DNA from: Escherichia coli
GTDB lineage: Bacteria; Pseudomonadota; Gammaproteobacteria; Enterobacterales; Enterobacteriaceae
Direction: 5' to 3' (one strand)
Length of the DNA stretch: 64,000 bases
Assembly: GCF_048403405.1 (NCBI RefSeq)
Contig: NZ_CP183129.1
The notes under the pieces are model-generated. The model made no database searches and had not been told where the DNA came from. It was given only the letters and a program-made list of their open reading frames with translations. The position numbers and the translations under genes were made by a program. Positions 30,755-41,168 of this stretch are shown piece after piece. Position 1 is the first letter of the stretch, and each line of letters starts with the position of its first letter.

Positions 30755-33556
30755 ATGATCCAGATTGATCTTCCCACGCTGGTAAAACGGCTTAACCTGT
30801 TCTCCCGCCAGGCGCTGGAGATGGCCGCCTCTGAATGTATGAGCCAGCAGGCAGCGGAAATTACCGTCAGCCATGTGCTTATTCAGATGCTCGCCATGCC
30901 ACGCAGCGACCTGCGGGTTATTACCCGCCAGGGCGATATTGGCATGGAAGAGTTGCGCCAGGCGCTGACGGTGGAGAACTACACAACTGCCCGTTCTGCG
31001 GACAGCTACCCGGCATTTTCCCCGATGCTGGTTGAGTGGCTGAAAGAGGGCTGGCTGCTGGCGTCGGCTGAGATGCAGCACAGCGAATTGCGTGGCGGCG
31101 TGTTGCTGCTGGCCCTGCTGCATTCGCCGCTGCGTTATATACCGCCTGCTGCCGCCCGGTTGTTGACCGGCATTAACCGTGACCGTCTGCAACAGGACTT
31201 TGTACAGTGGACACAGGAGTCGGCGGAATCAGTCGTGCCGGATGCAGACGGTAAAGTCGCAGGCACACTGACGGACGCTGCTGACACCCTGCTTGCCCGC
31301 TACGCCAAAAACATGACCGCAGACGCCCGTAACGGCAGGCTTGACCCGGTACTGTGCCGCGACCACGAAATCGACCTGATGATCGACATTCTCTGCCGCC
31401 GCCGCAAGAACAACCCGGTGGTGGTGGGCGAAGCAGGCGTGGGTAAAAGTGCCTTAATCGAAGGGCTGGCGCTGCGCATCGTGGCAGGCCAGGTGCCGGA
31501 CAAACTGAAAAACACCGATATCATGACCCTTGACCTAGGCGCATTGCAGGCCGGGGCGTCGGTGAAGGGCGAATTCGAAAAACGCTTCAAGGGGCTGATG
31601 GCGGAGGTCATTTCCTCTCCGGTGCCGGTCATTCTGTTTATTGACGAAGCACATACCCTGATTGGCGCGGGCAACCAGCAGGGCGGGCTGGATATCTCCA
31701 ACCTGCTCAAACCGGCGCTGGCGCGCGGCGAACTGAAAACCATCGCCGCCACCACCTGGAGCGAATACAAAAAATACTTCGAGAAAGATGCCGCCCTGTC
31801 GCGCCGCTTCCAGCTGGTGAAGGTCAGCGAACCCAACGCCGCCGAAGCCACCATTATTCTGCGTGGTCTGTCGGCGGTCTATGAACAGTCTCACGGCGTG
31901 CTGATTGATGATGACGCCTTGCAGGCCGCAGCAACGCTGAGCGAACGTTATCTCTCCGGGCGTCAGTTGCCGGACAAAGCCATTGATGTGCTGGATACCG
32001 CCTGCGCCCGCGTCGCCATTAACCTTTCCTCGCCGCCGAAGCAAATCTCGGCGCTGACCACTCTGAGCCACCAGCAGGAGGCGGAAATTCGCCAGCTTGA
32101 GCGCGAGCTTCGCATCGGGCTGCGTACCAACACCTCACGGATGACCGAGGTGCTGGTGCAGTACGATGAAACGCTGACGGCGCTGGATGAACTGGAAGCG
32201 GCCTGGCATCAGCAGCAGGCGCTGGTCCGGGAGATTATCGCGCTGCGCCAGCAGTTGCTGGGCGTGGCAGAAGACGATGCGGCGTCGTTGCCGGACGCAG
32301 ATGCCGCGGAGGATACGCCGCCAGAGTCAGAGTCAGAGTCAGAGTCAGAGTCAGAGTCAGAGTCAGAGTCAGAACAGGATAATACCGGTGCCGTACCGGC
32401 TGATGAGGCCGACAGAGAACAGCCGGAAGAGACCGCTGAAACAGTTTCCCCGGTACAGCGGCTGGCCCAGCTCACTGCCGAACTGGACGCCCTGCATAAC
32501 GACCGGTTGCTGGTCTCCCCGCACGTCGATAAAAAACAGATTGCGGCGGTGATTGCCGAATGGACCGGCGTGCCGCTCAACCGCCTGTCGCAGAATGAAA
32601 TGTCGGTCATCACCGACCTGCCGAAATTGCTGGGCGACACCATCAAAGGCCAAGACCTGGCGATTGCCAGCCTGCATAAGCATCTACTGACCGCACGCGC
32701 CGACCTGCGTCTTCCGGGACGCCCGCTCGGTGCGTTCCTGCTGGCTGGCCCCAGCGGTGTGGGTAAAACCGAAACCGTCCTGCAACTGGCAGAGCTGCTC
32801 TACGGCGGTCGCCAGTACCTGACCACCATCAATATGTCCGAATTCCAGGAGAAACACACCGTCTCGCGGCTGATTGGTTCGCCTCCGGGCTACGTTGGCT
32901 ACGGTGAAGGCGGCGTACTGACCGAAGCGATTCGCCAGAAACCCTACTCGGTAGTACTGCTCGATGAAGTGGAAAAAGCGCACCCGGATGTGCTCAACCT
33001 GTTCTACCAGTCGTTCGATAAGGGCGAAATGGCAGACGGTGAAGGCCGCCTGATTGACTGCAAAAATATCGTCTTCTTCCTGACGTCCAACCTCGGCTAC
33101 CAGGTAATAGTCGAGCACGCCGATGACCCGGAAACCATGCAGGAAGAACTGTATCCGGTGCTGGCCGACTTCTTCAAACCTGCCCTGCTGGCGCGTATGG
33201 AAGTGGTGCCGTATCTGCCGCTGTCGAAAGAGACGCTCGCCACCATTATCGCCGGAAAACTGGCCCGTCTGGATAACGTGCTGCGCAGTCGCTTTGGTGC
33301 AGAAGTGGTCATTGAACCGGAAGTGACGGACGAAATCATGAGCCGCGTCACCCGCGCGGAAAACGGCGCGAGGATGCTGGAATCGGTCATCGATGGCGAC
33401 ATGCTACCGCCGCTCTCGCTGCTGCTGTTGCAGAAAATGGCGGCTAACACGGCGATTGCCCGGATTCGGTTGTCGGCGGTGGACGACGCATTTACGGCAG
33501 ACGTGGAAGATGCTCAGAACGACGAGTCCGTCACAAAGGATGAAACGGTTTTATGA
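30755..33556 (+). CDS. clpV: T6SS AAA+ ATPase ClpV (TssH)
   Basis: ORF 30641..33556; start at ATG 30755 (MIQIDLPTLVKRL); two Walker A motifs (GEAGVGKSA, GPSGVGKTE). Confidence 0.9.
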   Translation: MIQIDLPTLVKRLNLFSRQALEMAASECMSQQAAEITVSHVLIQMLAMPRSDLRVITRQGDIGMEELRQALTVENYTTARSADSYPAFSPMLVEWLKEGWLLASAEMQHSELRGGVLLLALLHSPLRYIPPAAARLLTGINRDRLQQDFVQWTQESAESVVPDADGKVAGTLTDAADTLLARYAKNMTADARNGRLDPVLCRDHEIDLMIDILCRRRKNNPVVVGEAGVGKSALIEGLALRIVAGQVPDKLKNTDIMTLDLGALQAGASVKGEFEKRFKGLMAEVISSPVPVILFIDEAHTLIGAGNQQGGLDISNLLKPALARGELKTIAATTWSEYKKYFEKDAALSRRFQLVKVSEPNAAEATIILRGLSAVYEQSHGVLIDDDALQAAATLSERYLSGRQLPDKAIDVLDTACARVAINLSSPPKQISALTTLSHQQEAEIRQLERELRIGLRTNTSRMTEVLVQYDETLTALDELEAAWHQQQALVREIIALRQQLLGVAEDDAASLPDADAAEDTPPESESESESESESESESEQDNTGAVPADEADREQPEETAETVSPVQRLAQLTAELDALHNDRLLVSPHVDKKQIAAVIAEWTGVPLNRLSQNEMSVITDLPKLLGDTIKGQDLAIASLHKHLLTARADLRLPGRPLGAFLLAGPSGVGKTETVLQLAELLYGGRQYLTTINMSEFQEKHTVSRLIGSPPGYVGYGEGGVLTEAIRQKPYSVVLLDEVEKAHPDVLNLFYQSFDKGEMADGEGRLIDCKNIVFFLTSNLGYQVIVEHADDPETMQEELYPVLADFFKPALLARMEVVPYLPLSKETLATIIAGKLARLDNVLRSRFGAEVVIEPEVTDEIMSRVTRAENGARMLESVIDGDMLPPLSLLLLQKMAANTAIARIRLSAVDDAFTADVEDAQNDESVTKDETVL
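32322..32369 (+). repeat. Hexanucleotide microsatellite (CAGAGT)x8 inside clpV, encoding (ES)n
   Basis: Eight perfect tandem CAGAGT units; in frame (CCA GAG TCA GAG ...) giving PESESESESESESESE. Confidence 0.95.
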
Positions 33557-34296
33557 GCAGGTTGCGCGTTTTCCGGCAGACAGGATGGTTTATCGCGGGC
33601 CTGATGACGGGCTTACCCGCCACTGCCGCGCCCGCAGAAACATCGTCAATGGCCGGTGTGGCGGTCGCCGTCGCCACCACGACCCCGCCGGATGCGACAG
33701 CCACGTCACAGGCCATGCAGTCCTGTCGGCGGGAGTCCGCGGCGCTGGAGCGGCTTGACTGCTATGACCGCCTGCTGGCACCGCTGTCCCCGTCAGGGTT
33801 TGACGGGGCGCTGGTCAAAGCCGGTTTTGTGGGCGAGGCCTGGACCCGCGCCACAGAGCAGGAAAAACGTCGCGAGGGCAACACCACAGAACTGCTGGTG
33901 ACGCAGGTGCCGGGGGAGCGCCCGACGGTGGTGATAACCACCCCGGCTATCGGCCATGTTCCGCCGCGCCCGGTGCTGATGTTCAGTTGCGTGGACAATA
34001 TCACCCGGATGCAGGTGGCGCTGATGCACCCTCTGGATGTCCATGATATCGCCGTCACTCTGAATGCCGACAGCCGGGCATTGCGTAGCCACTGGTTTGT
34101 GCGCGAGAACGGCACCCTGCTGGAGTCCAGCCGGGGGCTGTCCGGGATTGATGAAATTAAGCAACTGTTCGGCGCAAAAACGCTGACAGTGGATACCGGC
34201 GCAGATAACGCCGCAGGAAAGCTGACCTTTAACATTGACGGGCTGGCAAGGGCGATTGCCCCCCTGCGCGTTGCCTGCCACTGGGCGGGAGAATAA
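33553..34296 (+). CDS. Secreted T6SS-associated protein, VasI-like by position (name from recollection of the Vibrio cholerae cluster)
   Basis: 247 aa with signal peptide; ATGA overlap with clpV stop; sits between clpV and tssA where vasI lies in V. cholerae. Confidence 0.55.
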   Translation: MSRLRVFRQTGWFIAGLMTGLPATAAPAETSSMAGVAVAVATTTPPDATATSQAMQSCRRESAALERLDCYDRLLAPLSPSGFDGALVKAGFVGEAWTRATEQEKRREGNTTELLVTQVPGERPTVVITTPAIGHVPPRPVLMFSCVDNITRMQVALMHPLDVHDIAVTLNADSRALRSHWFVRENGTLLESSRGLSGIDEIKQLFGAKTLTVDTGADNAAGKLTFNIDGLARAIAPLRVACHWAGE

Positions 34297-34300
34297 AAAT

Positions 34301-35713
34301 ATGGCAATGGACTTACGCGATCCGAATGTCTGGATAACGCACCTGCTGGAAAACCTGCCGGAAGAAAAACTGGCATCGGCGCTGAAAGATGACAACCCGG
34401 ACTGGGAGTATATCGACGGCGAAATCGTCAAACTGGGATCTCTGGCCCACAGTCAACTGGATATCCCGGAACTCCAGCGCCGGGGGCTGGTCATTCTGGC
34501 TTCGGAGAGTAAGGACTTTCGTCTGCTGGCGCATCTGCTGAGAACCCTGCAACACGCCGGTGATCCTCATCTCGCATTGCGCCTGCTGGCGCTGTATGTG
34601 GAGCATTACTGGTCGGTGGCTGCGCCGCAGAATATGGCACATAAAAAACGCTTTGCCAGCCAGGTCATTAAACGCTTCGAAACAGGTATTGAAGGCTTTT
34701 CACAGAACGCCGCCACAGCGCAGCGCGACGCGCTGTCAGGGGAACTGGCGAAACTGGCGCAGTGCTGGCAGTCACATAACGCCCCGGAACTGGCACTGGC
34801 TACCGATGATCTTTTTGCCCTGTACCAGCGTGCGTTTAATCGTGCGGCACCGGCTCCTGCCCCCACTCCGGCGGCCTCCGATAGTTCACGACAGACCACC
34901 GCCACGTCTGAAAGCGGCGTGACGCAACCCAGTGCTCCGGCTCCCCAAATCGCCATCGACAGTCACGACGACAAAGCCTGGCGCGACACGCTGTTAAAAG
35001 TGGCGGCTATTTTATGTGAACGCCAGCCGGACTCGCCGCAGGGCTATCGCCTGCGCCGCCATGCCCTGTGGCAATCCATCACCAGTACACCCCAGGCGGA
35101 AAGCGATGGACGTACCCCATTGGCTGCGGTCTCTGCCGATATGGTGGCGGATTACCAGTCCCGGCTTGCCAGCGCGGATATGGCGCTGTGGCAGCAGGTT
35201 GAGAAAAGCGTATTGCTGGCTCCTTACTGGCTGGACGGTCACTGTCTTTCTGCACAGACGGCACTGCGTCTGGGTTACAAACAGGTGGCAGACACCATCC
35301 GCGATGAGGTCATCCGCTTCCTTGAGCGTCTGCCCCAGCTTACCGGGCTGCTGTTTAATGACCGCACACCGTTTCTCAGTGAGCAGACGAAACAATGGCT
35401 GGCAGCTTCGCCCGACGGCAAAGTTGCACCGGTTGCGCAAATCGGTGAGGAATCGCAGGCAGCCAGAGCCTGTTTTGCTGGGCAGGGTCTGGAGGCGGCG
35501 CTGCGATATCTGGACATGCTACCCGAAGGCGATCCCCGCAATCAGTTTCACCGCCAGTACCTTGCCGCACAGTTGACGGAGGAGGCGGGGCTGATACAGC
35601 TTGCGCAGCAACAGTACCGGATGTTGTTGATGATAGGGAGTCAGATGATGGTGTCTGACTGGGAGCCATCATTACTTACGCAGCTTGAACAAAAATTCAC
35701 GGCAGAACAATAA
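34301..35713 (+). CDS. tssA: T6SS protein TssA (ImpA_N family)
   Basis: ORF 34235..35713; start at ATG 34301 (MAMDLRDPNVWITHLLENL); immediately upstream of tssM. Confidence 0.8.
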   Translation: MAMDLRDPNVWITHLLENLPEEKLASALKDDNPDWEYIDGEIVKLGSLAHSQLDIPELQRRGLVILASESKDFRLLAHLLRTLQHAGDPHLALRLLALYVEHYWSVAAPQNMAHKKRFASQVIKRFETGIEGFSQNAATAQRDALSGELAKLAQCWQSHNAPELALATDDLFALYQRAFNRAAPAPAPTPAASDSSRQTTATSESGVTQPSAPAPQIAIDSHDDKAWRDTLLKVAAILCERQPDSPQGYRLRRHALWQSITSTPQAESDGRTPLAAVSADMVADYQSRLASADMALWQQVEKSVLLAPYWLDGHCLSAQTALRLGYKQVADTIRDEVIRFLERLPQLTGLLFNDRTPFLSEQTKQWLAASPDGKVAPVAQIGEESQAARACFAGQGLEAALRYLDMLPEGDPRNQFHRQYLAAQLTEEAGLIQLAQQQYRMLLMIGSQMMVSDWEPSLLTQLEQKFTAEQ

Positions 35714-35731
35714 AAGAGAACAGGAGTTTTT

Positions 35732-38700
35732 GTGTTCAGATTACCAACACCCCGACTACTCAGCGGACTCAAATCAGCCCTACGCCCGGCGATGCCCCGG
35801 TTTAAAGTCTCCGCTTTCTGGCTGCTGATACTGGCGTGGATTTTTCTGCTGGTATGGATCTGGTGGAAAGGCCCGACGTGGACGCTGTATGAAGAACAGT
35901 GGCTCAAACCACTGGCGAACCGCTGGCTGGCAACGGCGGCATGGGGGATTATCGCCCTAGTGTGGCTTACCGTCCGGATGATGAAGCGCCTGCAACAGCT
36001 TGAAAAAATGCAAAAGCAGCAGCGCGAGGAGGCCATTGATCCGCTCAGTGTGGAGCTGAACGCCCAGCAGCGTTACCTTGACCGCTGGCTGCTGCGCCTG
36101 CAACGCCATCTCGACAACCGCCGTTTCCTGTGGCAGTTGCCGTGGTATATGGTCATCGGCCCGGCGGGCAGTGGCAAAACGACACTGCTGCGCGAGGGTT
36201 TTCCGTCCGACATTATTTATGCCCCGGAGGGCGCACGCGGCGCAGAACAACGCCTGTACCTCACGCCCCATGTCGGTAAACAGGCGGTGATCTTTGATAT
36301 CGACGGCACACTCTGCGCTCCCGCTGATGCGGATATCCTGCATCGCCGTCTGTGGGAACATGCCCTCGGCTGGCTGAAAGAAAAGCGCGCGCGCCAGCCG
36401 CTGAACGGGATTATTCTGACACTCGATTTACCCGATCTGCTTACCGCAGACAAACGCCGCCGCGAACATCTGTTACAGACGCTGCGCAGCCGCTTGCAGG
36501 ATATACGCCAGCATCTTCACTGCCAGTTACCGGTTTACGTGGTACTCACCCGGCTTGATTTATTGCAGGGTTTTGCCGCCCTGTTCCAGTCACTGAACAG
36601 ACAGGATCGCGATGCAATTCTAGGGGTCACGTTCACCCGCCGCGCCCATGAAAATGATGACTGGCGAACAGAGTTGAATGCTTTCTGGCAGACATGGGTG
36701 GATCGAATGAACCTAGCGTTGCCGGATCTGATGGTCGCTCAGACTCACACCCGCGCGTCTTTATTTAGTTTTTCCCGCCAGATGCAGGGAAGCCGTGAAC
36801 CACTGGTGTCACTGCTTGAGGGTCTGCTTGACGGCGAAAATATGAACGTGATGCTGCGTGGCGTCTATCTCACCTCTTCGCTTCAGCGCGGACAGATGGA
36901 TGATATTTTCACCCAGTCTGCCGCCCGCCAATACCGGCTGGGCAATAACCCACTGGCGTCCTGGCCTCTGGTGGACACCGCACCCTATTTCACCCGTAGC
37001 CTGTTCCCGCAGGCATTACTCGCAGAGCCTAATCTGGCAACAGAAAGCCGCACCTGGCTGATGCGTTCCCGTCGCCGCCTGACGGTTTTCTCTACCACAG
37101 GAGGCGTGGCGGCACTGCTGCTCATCACCGGCTGGCATCACTATTACAACGGTAACTATCAGTCCGGCATCACCGTGCTTAAGCAGGCAAAAGCCTTTAT
37201 GGATGTACCGCCTCCGCTGGGGGAAGATGATTACGGCAACCTGCAACTGCCGCTGCTGAACCCGGTACGCGATGCCACGCTGGCCTATGGCGACTGGGGC
37301 GACCGCAGCCGTCTGGCCGATATGGGACTGTACCAGGGACGGCGTATCGGGCCTTATGTGGAACAAACCTATCTGCAACTGCTGGAGCAGCGTTACCTGC
37401 CTTCGCTGTTTAACGGGCTGGTCAAAGCGATGAACGCCGCGCCGCCGGAGAGTGAGGAAAAACTCGCCGTGCTGCGTGTGATGCGAATGCTGGAGGACAA
37501 AAGCGGACGCAATAATGAGGTGGTGAAGCAGTATATGGCAAAACGCTGGAGCGAAAAATTCCACGGCCAGCGCGATATCCAGGCACAACTGATGTCCCAT
37601 CTTGACTACGCGCTGGCTCATACTGACTGGCATGCAGAGCGTCAGGCGGGCGACGGTGATGCCATCAGCCGCTGGACGCCATATGACAAGCCTGTTGCGA
37701 CAGCACAGAAAGAACTGAGCAAACTGCCTGTCTACCAGCGAGTTTACCAGAGCCTGAAAACGCGGGCGCTGGGCGTTCTTCCTGCCGACCTCAATCTGCG
37801 TGACCAGGTAGGGCCAACTTTTGACCAGGTATTTACATCTGCCGATGATAACAAACTGGTTGTTCCACAGTTTCTTACCCGTTACGGCCTGCAAAGCTAT
37901 TTTGTAAAACAGCGCGATGAACTGGTTGAACTGACGGCGATGGATTCCTGGGTACTCAACCTCACCCGCAGCGTGAAATACAGTGACGCCGACCGCGCGG
38001 AAATCCAGCGCCAGTTGACCGAGCAGTATATCAGCGACTACACCGCCACCTGGCGGGCCGGGATGGACAATCTGAATATCCGCAATTTTGAGTCCATCGG
38101 ACAACTGACCGGGGCGCTGGAGCAGGTTATCAGCGGCGACCAGCCTTTGCAGCGGGCGCTGACCGTGCTGCGTGACAACACACAGCCAGGCGTCTTTTCT
38201 GAAAAACTCTCTGCCAAAGAGCGGGATGAGACCCTGGCAGAGCCGGATTACCAGTTACTCACCCGCCTCGGGCATGAATTCGCCCCGGAAAACAGTACCC
38301 TGACAGTACAGAAAGACAAAGAAAGCACGATGCAGGCCGTATACCAGCAGCTCACCGAGTTACACCGCTACCTGCTGGCAATCCAGAACGCGCCTGTACC
38401 AGGGAAATCGGCGCTGAAAGCCGTGCAGTTAAGGCTTGATCAGAACAGCAGCGATCCAATATTCGCCACCCGCCAGATGGCAAAAACACTGCCTGCTCCG
38501 CTCAACCGCTGGGTAGGCAGGCTGGCTGACCAGGCCTGGCATGTGGTGATGGTGGAAGCCGTTCACTATATGGAAGTGGACTGGCGCGACAGCGTGGTGA
38601 AACCGTTTAACGAGCAACTGGCAAATAACTATCCGTTTAATCCACATTCTGCACAGGATGCCTCACTGGATGCCTTCGAACGATTCTTTAAACCAGATGG

Positions 38701-39256
38701 CATACTGGATACCTTCTACCAGCAGAACCTAAAGCTGTTTATCGACAATGACCTGAGTCTGGAGGATGGCGATAACAACGTCATTATTCGCGAAGATATT
38801 ATTGCGCAACTGGAAACCGCGCAGAAAATCCGTGACATATTCTTCAGCAAACAGAACGGTCTGGGAACATCCTTTGCCGTGGAAACGGTATCGCTTTCCG
38901 GCAACAAACGCCGCAGCGTACTGAACCTTGACGGTCAGTTAGTCGATTACAGCCAGGGCCGTAACTATACCGCCCATCTGGTCTGGCCTAACAATATGCG
39001 CGAAGGCAACGAAAGCAAACTGACGCTGGTTGGTGCCCGCGGCGGCGCACCGCGCAGTATCAGCTTCAGCGGGCCGTGGGCTCAGTTCCGCCTGTTCGGG
39101 GCCGGACAGCTGACCGGAGTACAGGATGGCAACTTTACCGTGCGCTTTAGTGTGGACGGTGGCGCAATGACCTACCGCGTGCATACCGACACGGAAGATA
39201 ACCCGTTCAGCGGTGGGTTATTCAGCCAGTTTGGCCTGTCAGACACACTGTACTGA
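35732..39256 (+). CDS. tssM: T6SS membrane complex protein TssM (IcmF)
   Basis: 1174 aa; N-terminal TM helices and Walker A (GPAGSGKTTLL). Confidence 0.9.
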   Translation: MFRLPTPRLLSGLKSALRPAMPRFKVSAFWLLILAWIFLLVWIWWKGPTWTLYEEQWLKPLANRWLATAAWGIIALVWLTVRMMKRLQQLEKMQKQQREEAIDPLSVELNAQQRYLDRWLLRLQRHLDNRRFLWQLPWYMVIGPAGSGKTTLLREGFPSDIIYAPEGARGAEQRLYLTPHVGKQAVIFDIDGTLCAPADADILHRRLWEHALGWLKEKRARQPLNGIILTLDLPDLLTADKRRREHLLQTLRSRLQDIRQHLHCQLPVYVVLTRLDLLQGFAALFQSLNRQDRDAILGVTFTRRAHENDDWRTELNAFWQTWVDRMNLALPDLMVAQTHTRASLFSFSRQMQGSREPLVSLLEGLLDGENMNVMLRGVYLTSSLQRGQMDDIFTQSAARQYRLGNNPLASWPLVDTAPYFTRSLFPQALLAEPNLATESRTWLMRSRRRLTVFSTTGGVAALLLITGWHHYYNGNYQSGITVLKQAKAFMDVPPPLGEDDYGNLQLPLLNPVRDATLAYGDWGDRSRLADMGLYQGRRIGPYVEQTYLQLLEQRYLPSLFNGLVKAMNAAPPESEEKLAVLRVMRMLEDKSGRNNEVVKQYMAKRWSEKFHGQRDIQAQLMSHLDYALAHTDWHAERQAGDGDAISRWTPYDKPVATAQKELSKLPVYQRVYQSLKTRALGVLPADLNLRDQVGPTFDQVFTSADDNKLVVPQFLTRYGLQSYFVKQRDELVELTAMDSWVLNLTRSVKYSDADRAEIQRQLTEQYISDYTATWRAGMDNLNIRNFESIGQLTGALEQVISGDQPLQRALTVLRDNTQPGVFSEKLSAKERDETLAEPDYQLLTRLGHEFAPENSTLTVQKDKESTMQAVYQQLTELHRYLLAIQNAPVPGKSALKAVQLRLDQNSSDPIFATRQMAKTLPAPLNRWVGRLADQAWHVVMVEAVHYMEVDWRDSVVKPFNEQLANNYPFNPHSAQDASLDAFERFFKPDGILDTFYQQNLKLFIDNDLSLEDGDNNVIIREDIIAQLETAQKIRDIFFSKQNGLGTSFAVETVSLSGNKRRSVLNLDGQLVDYSQGRNYTAHLVWPNNMREGNESKLTLVGARGGAPRSISFSGPWAQFRLFGAGQLTGVQDGNFTVRFSVDGGAMTYRVHTDTEDNPFSGGLFSQFGLSDTLY

Positions 39257-39266
39257 GGAGGCAGGG

Positions 39267-40619
39267 ATGAATAGTAACGGACTGACACAAACTATCGTTA
39301 CCGGCAGTGACCCGCGCGGGCTGCCGGAATTCAGCGCCATCCGCGAGGAAATAAACAAAGCCAGCCATCCGTCACAGCCTGAGCTGAACTGGAAACTGGT
39401 GGAGTCGCTGGCGCTGGCGATTTTTAAAGCCAACGGTGTGGATTTACACACCGCCACCTACTATACGCTTGCCCGGACACGGACACAGGGACTGGCGGGA
39501 TTCTGCGAAGGTGCGGAACTGCTGGCGGCAATGGTAAGCCACGACTGGGATAAATTCTGGCCGCAGGGCGGTCCGGCGCGTACTGAAATGCTGGACTGGT
39601 TTAACTCCCGAACCGGCAATATTCTGCGTCAGCAAATCTCCTTTGCGGAACCCGATCTGCCACTGATCTACCGCACAGAGCGGGCATTGCAGCTTATCTG
39701 CGACAAGCTTCAGCAGGTGGAGCTGAAGCGCGTTCCGCGCGTGGAGAATCTGCTCTATTTTATGCAGAACACGCGTAAGCGGCTTGAACCCCAGCCGAAG
39801 AGTAACGTTGAAAACGCCGTACAGACCACGGTTAGAACACTGATTTATGCCCCGGAAACAACGGCTTCCTCCACGCCAGAAGCGGTAGTGCCTCCCCTGC
39901 CCGACCTGCCTGAGATGAAAGTAGAAGTGCGCAGTCTGTCAGAGAATCCCCCACAGGCCAGTGTGATGAAGCAAGGCAGTACGGTAAGAGGGTTTATCAC
40001 GGGGATCGCCTGTTCAGTGGCTGTCGCCTCAGCATTGTGGTGGTGGCAGGTCTATCCGGTGCAACAGCAACTGTTACAGGTTAACGACACCGCGCAGGGC
40101 GCAGCAACGGTGTGGATGGCCTCACCTGAACTAGAAAACTATGAGCGCAGGCTACAACAGCTTCTTGGCGTCTCCCCGGTACAACCGCTGGAAACCGGGA
40201 TGCAGATGATGCGTGTTGCCGACAGTCGCTGGCCGGAAAGCCTGCAGCAGCAGCAGGCCTCGACACATTGGAATGAAGCACTCAAAACCCGCGCACAGAG
40301 TAGCCCGCAGTTGCGTGGCTGGTTGCAGACCCGTCAGGACTTACATGCTTTTGCAGATCTCGTGATGCGGCGCGAGAAAGAGGGACTAACCCTTTCCTAT
40401 ATCAAAAATGTCATCTGGCAGGCGGAGCGGGGACTGGGGCAGGAAACACCCGTTGAGTCTCTGTTGACGCAGTACCAGGATGCCCGTGCGCAGAAGCAGA
40501 ATATAGATGCGCTGGAAAAACAAATTAATGAGCGACTCGAAGGCGTGTTAATCCGCTGGCTGCTGCTGAAGAATAACGTCATGCCAGAGGCGGCAACCGG
40601 GACCACGGCCGAAAAATAA
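39267..40619 (+). CDS. ImpA_N-domain membrane protein, VasL/TagA-like
   Basis: ORF 39213..40619; start at ATG 39267 with GAGGAGG upstream; ImpA_N-like N-terminus (GLPEFSAIREEINKA), one TM helix (ITGIACSVAVASALWWW), periplasmic C-terminus. Confidence 0.65.
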   Translation: MNSNGLTQTIVTGSDPRGLPEFSAIREEINKASHPSQPELNWKLVESLALAIFKANGVDLHTATYYTLARTRTQGLAGFCEGAELLAAMVSHDWDKFWPQGGPARTEMLDWFNSRTGNILRQQISFAEPDLPLIYRTERALQLICDKLQQVELKRVPRVENLLYFMQNTRKRLEPQPKSNVENAVQTTVRTLIYAPETTASSTPEAVVPPLPDLPEMKVEVRSLSENPPQASVMKQGSTVRGFITGIACSVAVASALWWWQVYPVQQQLLQVNDTAQGAATVWMASPELENYERRLQQLLGVSPVQPLETGMQMMRVADSRWPESLQQQQASTHWNEALKTRAQSSPQLRGWLQTRQDLHAFADLVMRREKEGLTLSYIKNVIWQAERGLGQETPVESLLTQYQDARAQKQNIDALEKQINERLEGVLIRWLLLKNNVMPEAATGTTAEK

Positions 40620-40642
40620 TTATTTAATTAAAGGAGATTATC

Positions 40643-41125
40643 ATGGCAAATATGAGTTATTTATCTTTGAGTGGAGAGACACAAGGGCTGATTTCAGCAG
40701 GTTGCTCAACGCTTGATTCTGTCGGAAACAAAGCACAGCCAGAACATAAAGATCAGATCATGGTTTATGCGTTAATGCATTCCATCTCAAGAAGTCAAAA
40801 TGTCAATCATCATGAATTAATTATCACCAAACCGGTTGATAAATCCTCACCATTGCTGGCAAAAGCACTTAGTGACAATGAAAAAATGGTAACATGTGAA
40901 TTTATACTCTACCGAACCAGTAAAGCGGGTATTTACCAGCCTTATTATAAAATAAACCTGTCAAAAGCCCGAATATCAAGTATTGATTTTGTCACACCGC
41001 ATGCTGTCCTGGAAAAAGAACTGGAGCCACAGGAGAGAATTGCCTTTATTTATGAAGATATTTCCTGGGAGCATACGTTAGCCGGTACGAATGCAATGAG
41101 TAAATGGCAGGATCGTGTACAGTAA
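40643..41125 (+). CDS. Second Hcp-family protein (Hcp2)
   Basis: 160 aa; Hcp-like profile (ELIITKPVDKSSPLLAKALSDNEKM...ISWEH); AAGGAG RBS; last T6SS-type gene of the plus-strand operon. Confidence 0.75.
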   Translation: MANMSYLSLSGETQGLISAGCSTLDSVGNKAQPEHKDQIMVYALMHSISRSQNVNHHELIITKPVDKSSPLLAKALSDNEKMVTCEFILYRTSKAGIYQPYYKINLSKARISSIDFVTPHAVLEKELEPQERIAFIYEDISWEHTLAGTNAMSKWQDRVQ

Positions 41126-41168
41126 TTTACTGTAATAACATAATAAATTACTATTGCGGAGAGATATA

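Noticed and set aside
32322-32369. Tandem repeat as a possible CRISPR array
   Set aside because: Units are 6 bp with no spacers, lie in frame inside clpV, and there are no cas genes; this is a coding microsatellite.
37016-38104. 362-aa minus-strand ORF inside tssM
   Set aside because: Antisense to a well-supported long CDS; no motifs; GC-rich artefact.
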